Positions 50,060 to 59,527 of a stretch of 64,000 nucleotides of DNA are shown here, piece by piece. Below the pieces are notes generated by a model. That model did no database searches and had not been told where the DNA came from. It saw only the letters and a list, made by a program, of their open reading frames with translations. Made by a program: the position numbers and the translations under genes. Within the stretch, counting starts at the first letter, position 1; every line of letters begins with the position of its first letter. The stretch comes from Sphingomicrobium sp. (GTDB lineage: Bacteria > Pseudomonadota > Alphaproteobacteria > Sphingomonadales > Sphingomonadaceae). The DNA lies in the NCBI GenBank assembly GCA_035711585.1, contig DASTCB010000164.1:10783-74782 (forward strand). Direction: 5' to 3'.

Positions 50060-51016
50060 ATGAGGAACCCGGGCACCCCGCCCCTCATCACTATCTTCGG
50101 CGGCGGCGGCTTCATCGGCCGCTATGTCGCCGAAGCGCTGATGAAAACCGGCGCAAGGCTGCGCGTCGCCGAGCGTCATCCGCGCCGCGCCTGGTATTTG
50201 CAGCCGCTCGGTTCGGTCGGCCAGGTGTCGACCATCGCCGCCGACCTCTCCCGTCCCGAGACCATCGCCCGCGCGGTCGAAGGCGCGGATGCGGTCATCA
50301 ACCTGGTCGGCATCTTCAAGGGCAACCTCGAGCTGGTCCATGTCCACGGCGCGGCCAAGCTGGCCGCCGCGGCCAGGGCGGCAGGGGCGAAGGCCTTCGT
50401 CCACGTGAGCGCGATCGGCGCCGACCCCGACAGCCCGTCCGAATATGGCCGGACCAAGGGGCTCGGCGAGCAGGCGGTCCGCTCCGCCTTCCCCAATGCG
50501 ACCATCATCCGGCCGAGCACGGTGTTCGGGCCCGAGGACCAGTTCACCAACCGCTTCGCCGCGATGTCCGGCTTCCTGTTCCAACCGGTGATTGCGCCCG
50601 AGACCCGCTTCCAGCCGGTGTTCGTGCGCGACCTCGGCCAGGCGATCGCCGCGGCGGCGCTCGATCCCCGCAGCCATGGCGGCATGACCTATGAGCTGGC
50701 CGGGCCCGAAGTCTTCACCATGCGCGAATTGAATGCGGAGATTGCCGAGCTGGCCGGCAAGCTTCCGATGCTGATCGATGTCCCCGACTTCATCGCCTCG
50801 GCAATCAGCAAGTTCGGCTTCCTTCCCGGTGCGCCGCTAAGTCACGACCAGTGGCTGATGCTGCAGAAGGACAATGTCGCGAGCGGCCAGCAGCCCGGTT
50901 TCAAGGCCTTCGGGATCAGTCCGACGCCCCTGGCCGCCGCCGCACCCGAGTGGCTGGGCCGGTTCCGCACGGGCGGCCGCTTCGCGCCTCGCCGCCAATA
51001 TCATTCGGCCGGATAA
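50060..51016 (+). CDS. NDUFA9-like NAD-dependent epimerase/dehydratase
   Basis: FGGGGFIG, HVSAIGA, YGRTK, RPSTVFG. Confidence 0.9.
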   Translation: MRNPGTPPLITIFGGGGFIGRYVAEALMKTGARLRVAERHPRRAWYLQPLGSVGQVSTIAADLSRPETIARAVEGADAVINLVGIFKGNLELVHVHGAAKLAAAARAAGAKAFVHVSAIGADPDSPSEYGRTKGLGEQAVRSAFPNATIIRPSTVFGPEDQFTNRFAAMSGFLFQPVIAPETRFQPVFVRDLGQAIAAAALDPRSHGGMTYELAGPEVFTMRELNAEIAELAGKLPMLIDVPDFIASAISKFGFLPGAPLSHDQWLMLQKDNVASGQQPGFKAFGISPTPLAAAAPEWLGRFRTGGRFAPRRQYHSAG

Positions 51017-51023
51017 GACCCGC

Positions 51024-51824
51024 GTGCCAATCGTCTGGCTGGTCATCATCCTCGGCATCGTCGAGGGAATCACCGAATATCTGCCGGTCAGCTCGACCGG
51101 CCATCTGATCCTCGCGACCGAGCTGCTCGGCTATGACGCCGACAAATGGGCGCTGTTCAACATCGCCATCCAGCCCGGCGCCATCCTGGCCATTTTGGTC
51201 CTCTACTGGCGGACCTTCCGTGACGTGCTGATCGGCCTGTGGAAGCGTGAGCCCAGCGCGTTCGCCTTCGTCCGCAACCTGCTCGTCGCCTTCATTCCCG
51301 CGGTGGTGATCGGGCTGGCGATCGGGGACTCGATCGAGCTGCTACTCGGCAATGCGCATGTGGTCGCCGTGTCGCTGATCCTCGGCGGCTTCGCCATCCT
51401 GCTGGTCGAATGGTGGGCCAAGCCGACCGACCGAGGCGGGGTCGCCAACGTCACCTTCGGCCATTCGGTCGGAATCGGGCTCGTCCAGTGTCTGGCGATG
51501 ATCCCGGGCGTCAGCCGGTCCGGGGCGACCATCCTCGGCGCCATGGCCATGGGCGTCGACCGCAAGACGGCCGCCGAGTTCAGCTTCTTCCTCGCCGTGC
51601 CGACTTTGTCGGGAGCGACTGCACTGCAGCTCTACAAGCATGGCGCCGGCATGGAAGCGGGCATGGGCGGATGGATCCTGCTCGGCAGCCTGGTTTCGTT
51701 CATCGTCGCGGTGATCGTGGTGAAGGTCTTTGTCTCGATCATCCAGCGCTACGGTTTCGCCCCCTTCGCCTGGTACCGGATCGTCGCCGGGGCGGCGGCG
51801 CTGGCCTGGCTGGCGATGCGCTAA
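51024..51824 (+). CDS. uppP: Undecaprenyl-diphosphate phosphatase
   Basis: GIVEGITEYLPVSSTGH, PGVSRSGAT, AAEFSFFLA; GTG start. Confidence 0.95.
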   Translation: MPIVWLVIILGIVEGITEYLPVSSTGHLILATELLGYDADKWALFNIAIQPGAILAILVLYWRTFRDVLIGLWKREPSAFAFVRNLLVAFIPAVVIGLAIGDSIELLLGNAHVVAVSLILGGFAILLVEWWAKPTDRGGVANVTFGHSVGIGLVQCLAMIPGVSRSGATILGAMAMGVDRKTAAEFSFFLAVPTLSGATALQLYKHGAGMEAGMGGWILLGSLVSFIVAVIVVKVFVSIIQRYGFAPFAWYRIVAGAAALAWLAMR

Positions 51825-51883
51825 AACGTTGACCCCAAAGCGAGAAGTGCCATCCTAAGGGCGACTCGGCTTGGAGGATTGTT

Positions 51884-52309
51884 GTGCGTGCCCTGCTGAT
51901 CGCCTTGCCCCTGATGCTGGCAGCGACGCCGGCAATGGCCGCGCCCCAGGAGGTGCCGCAGGTGCCGCCAGAGCTCAGTGACCCGGCCATGGCCGACAAG
52001 CTGGGCAAGATGATGGGTGCTTTGACCCGCGCACTGATGGACATGCCGGTCGGCGAGCTGGAGGCGGCGGCTCAGGGCCGCGAGCCGACGCAGGCGGACA
52101 AGGCGAAGAAGGTCCGCGACCATATCGGCGGGCCTGACGCGGAACGTGCTGTCGAGGCGCAGGTGGCCGCCTCGGGCCGCCAGATGCAGGTAATGACCAA
52201 GGCTCTGATCGCCTCCCTGCCGACGATCATGAAATCGCTGGAAGGCGTCGAGAAGGAGCTTGAGCGCGCCACGGCCAATTTGCCTGACCCGACCTATCCT
52301 CGCCGCTAA
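51884..52309 (+). CDS. Secreted helical hypothetical protein
   Basis: GGAGGA RBS, signal peptide (ATPAMA), Met-rich helices. Confidence 0.75.
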   Translation: MRALLIALPLMLAATPAMAAPQEVPQVPPELSDPAMADKLGKMMGALTRALMDMPVGELEAAAQGREPTQADKAKKVRDHIGGPDAERAVEAQVAASGRQMQVMTKALIASLPTIMKSLEGVEKELERATANLPDPTYPRR

Positions 52310-52311
52310 TT

Positions 52312-52458
52312 GTTTTACACGAAGGCACGAAGGCCAATTTTCGTCATCCCCGCGCAAGCGGGGACCCAGATTTCGCTTGGCTAGGTTCCCGCTTTCGCGG
52401 CAATGACGAGTGGGGCGGCCCGGCCCTCCCTTCGCGCCTTCGCGCCTTTGCGTGAAAC
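52312..52458. repeat. Nested palindromic element: REP-like dimer (52342-52408) inside a 22-bp imperfect inverted repeat
   Basis: Outer arms GTTTTACACGAAGGCACGAAGG and CCTTCGCGCCTTTGCGTGAAAC (18/22); inner dimer homologous to 12210-12281. Confidence 0.8.
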
Positions 52459-52517
52459 CAAATTTTCTGACCGTGCCGGTGGACTGAATCGCCACCCACG
52501 CTAAAGCTGCCTCATCC

Positions 52518-53189
52518 ATGTGGCAGCTGTTCCAATTCCCGCTCTGTCCCTTTTCCCGCAAGGTGCGCCTGGTCCTCGGCGAGAAGGGCGTGGCGCATGA
52601 GCTGGTGCGCGAGAATCCGTGGGAGCGGCGCGACGAGTTCATCGACCTCAATCCGGCCGGCGAGACTCCGGTGCTGGTCGATTCGACGGCCGGCATCGTC
52701 CTGATCGGAAGCCAGCCGATCGTCGAATATTTCGAGGAAACGGTCGAGAAGATGCCGATGATCCACGGCAATGCGGCGGCCCGCGCCGAGATCAGGCGGC
52801 TGACCGAATGGTTCGACGAGAAGCTCTATCGCGAGGTGGTCGAGCCGCTGATGCACGAGCGGATGCGGAAGCGGCTGGTTAGCCGGGAGAGCCCGGACAC
52901 CCGCGTCTTGCGCGAGGCGATGCGCATCGCCAACGGCCATCTCGATTATATGGATTATCTGCTGGATCACCGCCGCTGGATCGCCGGCGCGGGGCTCAGC
53001 CTCGCCGACTTCACCGGCGCCGCGCATCTCAGCGTGATCGACTATCTGGGTGCGCTCGACTGGCGGGGGCACAAGCAGACCAAGGACTGGTATGCCGTCA
53101 TGAAGTCGCGGCCCGCCTTCCGCCCGCTATTGGGCGAGCGGATGGAGGTGATCGTGCCTCCGGCGCATTATGACAAGGTCGATTTCTAG
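52518..53189 (+). CDS. fzlA: GST-family protein, FzlA-like
   Basis: WQLFQFPLCPFSRKVRL, SLADF..AAHLSVIDYLG, KSRPAFRPLL, HYDKVDF. Confidence 0.8.
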   Translation: MWQLFQFPLCPFSRKVRLVLGEKGVAHELVRENPWERRDEFIDLNPAGETPVLVDSTAGIVLIGSQPIVEYFEETVEKMPMIHGNAAARAEIRRLTEWFDEKLYREVVEPLMHERMRKRLVSRESPDTRVLREAMRIANGHLDYMDYLLDHRRWIAGAGLSLADFTGAAHLSVIDYLGALDWRGHKQTKDWYAVMKSRPAFRPLLGERMEVIVPPAHYDKVDF

Positions 53190-53192
53190 CAG

Positions 53193-54606
<1,414 letters not shown>

Positions 54607-54608
54607 GC

Positions 54609-54926
54609 TTATTCCTCGTTGGCCGGGACGCTGTTCTGGTAAAAGTCGCGGACTCGCCGGTTGCGCCGGAGCAGCTTGTGCAGCGGCGCCGGCCTTAGCT
54701 CTTCGCATTCGAGCGTGAGCTTCGCCCGCCCCTGCTTCAGCCAGCCGGTTTGCTTTTCGAGGTTCCTGCGGATGTGGCGGAAGGCCTTTCCCGCCGCCTC
54801 TTCGAAGCCCGAGGCAAGGACATAACGGTGACAATGGAAGCCCGCGGGCGTGAAGGCATCCTCATTCTCGAGATGATCGGCCGACCATTCCAGCGTCCCG
54901 TGGACGACGACGTAGAAGCAGCGCAT
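54609..54926 (-). CDS. Hypothetical protein (105 aa)
   Basis: Fills the gap between mreB and ubiG; starts 4 nt after the ubiG stop. Confidence 0.55.
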   Translation of the reverse strand: MRCFYVVVHGTLEWSADHLENEDAFTPAGFHCHRYVLASGFEEAAGKAFRHIRRNLEKQTGWLKQGRAKLTLECEELRPAPLHKLLRRNRRVRDFYQNSVPANEE

Positions 54927-54930
54927 CGCC

Positions 54931-55653
54931 CTACCCCGCGTGCCTGGCCGCGACCAGGTAATTGAGATTGGTATTTTCGCTGAGGTGCAGGCCCCGCGTC
55001 GGGCTGATGGCGATGCCTTCGAAGTCGATCACCTCCAGGCCGGCACGGGCGAGCAGGCCGCGCATCGTGTCGGGGTCGATGAACTTGTCGAAATCGTGGG
55101 TGCCCCTGGGGATCTGGCCAAGCCCCTCCGCCAGCGTGATGGTCAGCAGCCGCGACCAGGCGGTCTTGTTGGGGGTCGACAGGATCAGCAACCCGCCATC
55201 CGCCAGTCGCTCCGAGAGGCAATCGATGAACAACTGCGGGTCGCCCACATGCTCGATCACTTCCATCGAGGTGACCAGGTCGAACTTGCCCTGGAGCGCT
55301 TCGATCCCGACGGCGCGATAGTCGATCGCCAGCCCCTGCCCCGCGGCATGATCCTTCGCCACCTCGATCAGCTCCGGCGCCGCGTCGACCGCGGTGACCC
55401 TGGCGCCCAACCGCGCCAACGGTTCGGCCAGCAGTCCGGCGCCGCAGCCGACATCGATCGCGGTCTTGCCGGCAAGCGGCTTGAAGCCATGCTCGTCGGC
55501 CTGCCAATGCTGGTCGATCATGTCCCGGATGTAGGCGAGGCGAACCGGGTTGAGCCGGTGCAGCATCGCCGACTCGCCACTCGGGTCCCACCAGTCGGCG
55601 GCCAGCCCGCCGAAATGGGCGGCCTCCGTATCGACGATGCTTGTCTTCGCCAT
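54931..55653 (-). CDS. ubiG: Ubiquinone biosynthesis O-methyltransferase
   Basis: WWDPSG..LHRLNPVR, DVGCGAGL, MEVIEHV, GTHDFDKF. Confidence 0.95.
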   Translation of the reverse strand: MAKTSIVDTEAAHFGGLAADWWDPSGESAMLHRLNPVRLAYIRDMIDQHWQADEHGFKPLAGKTAIDVGCGAGLLAEPLARLGARVTAVDAAPELIEVAKDHAAGQGLAIDYRAVGIEALQGKFDLVTSMEVIEHVGDPQLFIDCLSERLADGGLLILSTPNKTAWSRLLTITLAEGLGQIPRGTHDFDKFIDPDTMRGLLARAGLEVIDFEGIAISPTRGLHLSENTNLNYLVAARHAG

Positions 55654-55711
55654 GCCCTCTCCCTAACAGCAGGCCGCCGCTAGGGCCACGAGGAAAGAAA
55701 ACCGCCGATCC

Positions 55712-56959
55712 ATGGCACGCATCGTGATGAAATTCGGCGGGACTTCGATGGCCGGGATCGAGCGCATCCGCGCCGTCGCTGCGCGGGTCAAGCGCGAGTC
55801 CGAAGCGGGCAACCAGGTCGCGGTGGTGGTCTCCGCCATGGCCGGCGAGACCGACCGGCTGGTCCAGCTGTGCAAGGAAGCCGCCGCGCTCTACGACCCG
55901 CGCGAATATGATGTGGTGGTCGCCAGCGGCGAGCAGGTCACGTCCGGCCTGCTCGCCATCACCCTCCAAGGCATGGGTCTCAACGCCAAAAGCTATATGG
56001 GCTGGCAGCTGCCAATCCGCGCCTCGGGCCATAGCGCGGCGCTGATCGAGAATATCGACGTCGACGTGCTGGAGCGGGTGTTCGACGGCGGCGGGATCGC
56101 GGTTATTCCCGGGTTCCAGGGCGTAACGGCCGACAATGCCGTGGCGACTCTCGGCCGCGGCGGCTCAGACACTTCGGCGGTGGCGCTGGCGGCGGCGATG
56201 AAGGCCGATCGCTGCGACATCTACACCGACGTCGACGGGGTCTACACCACCGACCCGCGCATCGTGCCGCAGGCGAAGAAGCTCGACATGGTCACCTATG
56301 AGGAGATGCTGGAGCTGGCCAGCGTCGGCGCCAAGGTGCTCCAGACCCGATCGGTCGGGCTGGCGATGCGCTACAACATGCCTTTGACGGTATTGTCCTC
56401 GTTCGAGGACAAGCCCGGCACGCTGATCGTCGGCGACCAGGCGATTGAGGAAAGCGACATGGAACGCAATGTCATCACGGGCATCGCCCACGACCGCAAC
56501 GAGGCGCTGGTCACCCTCGTGGATCTGCCCGACCGGCCGGGGGTGGTCGCCGCGGTGTTCGGGCCGCTGGCCGAGGCCAACATCAACGTCGACATGATCG
56601 TCCAGTCGGTGCGCCGCGCGGGCGAGGAAAGCGACCTCGCGTTCACCGTGCCCAATGCCTCGCTGGCCCATGCCGTCGCCGAGCTGAACAAGGTCCGGGA
56701 CCAGGTCGGCTTCAAGGACATATTGACCAACATGGACATCGCAAAGATCAGCGCGGTCGGGGTCGGGATGCGCTCCAACGCCGGAATCGCGGCACAGATG
56801 TTCCAGACGCTGGCCGATCGCGGGATCAACATCCTCGCCATCACTACCAGCGAGATCAAGGTGAGCGTGCTGATCCCCGAGGAATATACCGAGCTGGCCG
56901 TGCGCGTGCTCCACAGCGCCTACGGCCTTGACGCACCCCGTGAGGAGGCGGTCGCGTGA
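55712..56959 (+). CDS. lysC: Aspartate kinase
   Basis: [29 protein letters not shown], two ACT domains, TSEIK. Confidence 0.96.
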   Translation: MARIVMKFGGTSMAGIERIRAVAARVKRESEAGNQVAVVVSAMAGETDRLVQLCKEAAALYDPREYDVVVASGEQVTSGLLAITLQGMGLNAKSYMGWQLPIRASGHSAALIENIDVDVLERVFDGGGIAVIPGFQGVTADNAVATLGRGGSDTSAVALAAAMKADRCDIYTDVDGVYTTDPRIVPQAKKLDMVTYEEMLELASVGAKVLQTRSVGLAMRYNMPLTVLSSFEDKPGTLIVGDQAIEESDMERNVITGIAHDRNEALVTLVDLPDRPGVVAAVFGPLAEANINVDMIVQSVRRAGEESDLAFTVPNASLAHAVAELNKVRDQVGFKDILTNMDIAKISAVGVGMRSNAGIAAQMFQTLADRGINILAITTSEIKVSVLIPEEYTELAVRVLHSAYGLDAPREEAVA

Positions 56960-58014
56960 GCGGCGAAGGGATGATCGCCGAACCTCGCGCCGTCCACGGC
57001 GACGCGGGCATGGTCCGCCTGAAGGAGCTGATGGCGCGCGGCACGGAATTCCTCGGCACCGAATGGGCGATCATGGGCGGGGCGATGAGCTGGATCAGCG
57101 AGCGCCACCTGGTCTCGGCCATTTCCAACGCCGGCGGGTTCGGCGTGATCGCCTGTGGCGCGATGAGCCCCGAGCTGCTCGACGGCGAGATCGCCGGCAC
57201 CAGGGAACGGACCGGCAAGCCGTTCGGCGTGAACCTGATCACGATGCACCCTCAATTGAGCGAGCTGATTGACGTCTGCGCCAGGCATCACGTGACCCAC
57301 GTCGTGCTGGCCGGCGGGCTGCCCCCAGGCGGCGCAATCGAGCGGATCAAGGGCAATGGCGCCAAATTGATCGTCTTCACCCCGGCGCTGGCGCTGGCCA
57401 AGAAGCTGATCCGGTCCGGCGCGGACGCGCTGGTGATCGAGGGGATGGAGGCCGGCGGCCATATCGGTCCGGTGTCGACCAGCGTCCTGGCGCAGGAAAT
57501 ATTGCCGCACGTCGCCGCCGACATCCCGGTCTTCGTCGCCGGCGGCATCGGCCGCGGCGAGGCGATTGCCGCCTATCTCGAGATGGGCGCGGTCGGCGTG
57601 CAGCTCGGCACCCGGTTCGTCTGTTCGCACGAGTGCATCGCCCATGAGAATTTCAAGAAGGCCTTCCTCCGCGCCTCTGCGCGCGACGCCATCCCCTCGG
57701 TGCAGATCGACCCGCGCCTGCCGGTCATCCCGGTGCGGGCGCTCAAGAACCGCGAAATGGAGAATTTCGCCGCCAAGCAGCGCGAGGTGGCGCAGCAGCT
57801 GGACGAGGGCGCGATCGAGATGGCCGAGGCCCAGCTGCAGATCGAGCATTATTGGGCCGGGGCGCTCCGCCGCGCGGTGATCGACGGCGATGTTGAGAGC
57901 GGCAGCGTGATGGCCGGCCAGTCGGTCGGAATGGTCAAGCGCGAGGAGCCGGTCGCCGAAATCATCCAGGAACTGGTCGAGGAAGCGGCTGCGGCCCTGG
58001 GCTCGCGCGGCTAG
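56956..58014 (+). CDS. Nitronate monooxygenase / FabK-like flavoprotein
   Basis: GGAMSW, PFGVNL, EGMEAGGHIG, AGGIG, GTRF, MAGQSVG. Confidence 0.88.
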   Translation: MSGEGMIAEPRAVHGDAGMVRLKELMARGTEFLGTEWAIMGGAMSWISERHLVSAISNAGGFGVIACGAMSPELLDGEIAGTRERTGKPFGVNLITMHPQLSELIDVCARHHVTHVVLAGGLPPGGAIERIKGNGAKLIVFTPALALAKKLIRSGADALVIEGMEAGGHIGPVSTSVLAQEILPHVAADIPVFVAGGIGRGEAIAAYLEMGAVGVQLGTRFVCSHECIAHENFKKAFLRASARDAIPSVQIDPRLPVIPVRALKNREMENFAAKQREVAQQLDEGAIEMAEAQLQIEHYWAGALRRAVIDGDVESGSVMAGQSVGMVKREEPVAEIIQELVEEAAAALGSRG

Positions 58015-58859
58015 GGCGCGGTATAGACTGTCGCGGGCGCCCCGAACGGGGCGGCCAGCCGCGAAAAGCTGTCGTAGATCGCCCTCGCCGCCCAGGCGAT
58101 CGTCGCCGGCCGGTTATTGCCGCCGCGGGCGAAGAAAGCGACCGCGATCCGCCGTCCGTCGTGGAGCGTGATGAAGCCGACGTCGCTGGTGTAGCCGTTG
58201 AGAGTCCCGGTCTTGTGCTCGACCCGGGCCCAGCGCGGCAGCAGCGCGCGCATCCGGTTCTTGCCGGTCTGGCAGCGGGCCATGACGTTCAGCAGGTAAG
58301 ATCGGCTCTCGGGCCGGAGAAGCTTGCCGCTGTCGATCTTGCTCAACAGTTCGACCATCGCCTTGGGCGTGCTCGAATCCCTGACGTCCCAAAGGTCGCG
58401 CGGGCTGCGGAGCAGCTGGGCGATGTTGCGATCGATGCGGATGCCGGTCACGCCCTGCTGGGTGAGCCAGTTGTGCAGCGTCTTCGGCCCGCCGAGGTCG
58501 CGCATCAATATATCGGTCGCGTGATTGTCGCTGCGGATCATCATGGCTTCGATCAGCGATCTGGCCGAACGGCCGCTGATCCGGTCGTCGAGCGAGCGGC
58601 GCCCATGCTCGACCTGGGCGAGATAATTGGCGGCAACGGCGATCTTGACCGTGCTCGCCATCGGAAAAGGTTCATCGCCGCGAACGCTGATCAGCTCGCC
58701 GGTCTTGAGGTCGAGGGCCGCCACCCCATAGTCGCCTGACCGCGACTGGATGAGCTCGGCAAGCTGCTGCTCGAAGCTTTGCAGGGCCGGTGAGGTAGCC
58801 GCCAGCGCAGGCTGCGCCAGCATGAGGAGAAAGCTGCAAAAGGCGACGATATACCGCAT
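58011..58859 (-). CDS. Class A beta-lactamase-fold serine hydrolase lacking Glu166
   Basis: Signal peptide; ASTVK (SxxK), SDN, HKTG; omega loop RIDRNI. Confidence 0.88.
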   Translation of the reverse strand: MRYIVAFCSFLLMLAQPALAATSPALQSFEQQLAELIQSRSGDYGVAALDLKTGELISVRGDEPFPMASTVKIAVAANYLAQVEHGRRSLDDRISGRSARSLIEAMMIRSDNHATDILMRDLGGPKTLHNWLTQQGVTGIRIDRNIAQLLRSPRDLWDVRDSSTPKAMVELLSKIDSGKLLRPESRSYLLNVMARCQTGKNRMRALLPRWARVEHKTGTLNGYTSDVGFITLHDGRRIAVAFFARGGNNRPATIAWAARAIYDSFSRLAAPFGAPATVYTAP

Positions 58860-58977
58860 GGCTCTCCAGCTATAATCGGCAAAAGCCAGTCGGTTCCACC
58901 CAAATGGTTAACAAATCCTTCCCAAAGGCCGCGGCGAGCGGCGGATTGCCGGCCTGGGGCGACAAATCGAGGGACCT

Positions 58978-59418
58978 TCACGCTGCGTTGCGGCACGGCG
59001 GGTTAAAGGCTTCCGCCAGCGGAAATATATGCTGGTGTTCCCGCTCGATCCGGACGGCCAGGGCAAGCATCAGATTCTGCGCGGCCTCGCGGAACTCCGC
59101 GAAGTTATTGGCGATGCTGGCCGAGCAGGACCAGTGGCGCGCGAAACATTCCAGGTCCAGCGCCAGGCGCCCCATCTCCTCGACGTGAAGGCGTGCGACC
59201 CTCGCCGCCTCCGGGTCAGGCGACGAAACAAGCGCCGGATAAAGCTGTACATCTTCCAGCGCGAAGTGAATGCGCAGCACCCCGTAGAGCCGGTTGAGCT
59301 GCATCAGGATCGGGTAGCCAGGATTGCCGGCCTTGTAGCCGTCGATCAGCTCAAGCAGCCGCTGCGCCATGTCGAGCGCCGCTTCGTGCTGGCGGCGAAG
59401 AATGTCCAACTTGACCAT
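58978..59418 (-). CDS. Hemerythrin-like (HHE) domain protein
   Basis: LRRQH, HFALED..LYP, RIERE..IFP. Confidence 0.75.
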   Translation of the reverse strand: MVKLDILRRQHEAALDMAQRLLELIDGYKAGNPGYPILMQLNRLYGVLRIHFALEDVQLYPALVSSPDPEAARVARLHVEEMGRLALDLECFARHWSCSASIANNFAEFREAAQNLMLALAVRIEREHQHIFPLAEAFNPPCRNAA

Positions 59419-59527
59419 GGCCCTGCGATAAGCGCCGGCCGCTTTCCAGTGGCTTTGCATTGCATCCGATCCGGATGAAATTTGCGGATGCTTGGAAAGC
59501 CGCGCCTTTCCCTGCATATCCGATGCG

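Noticed and set aside
58011-58859. Annotation as an antibiotic-resistance beta-lactamase
   Set aside because: The Glu166 equivalent is Ile, so efficient hydrolysis is not supported.
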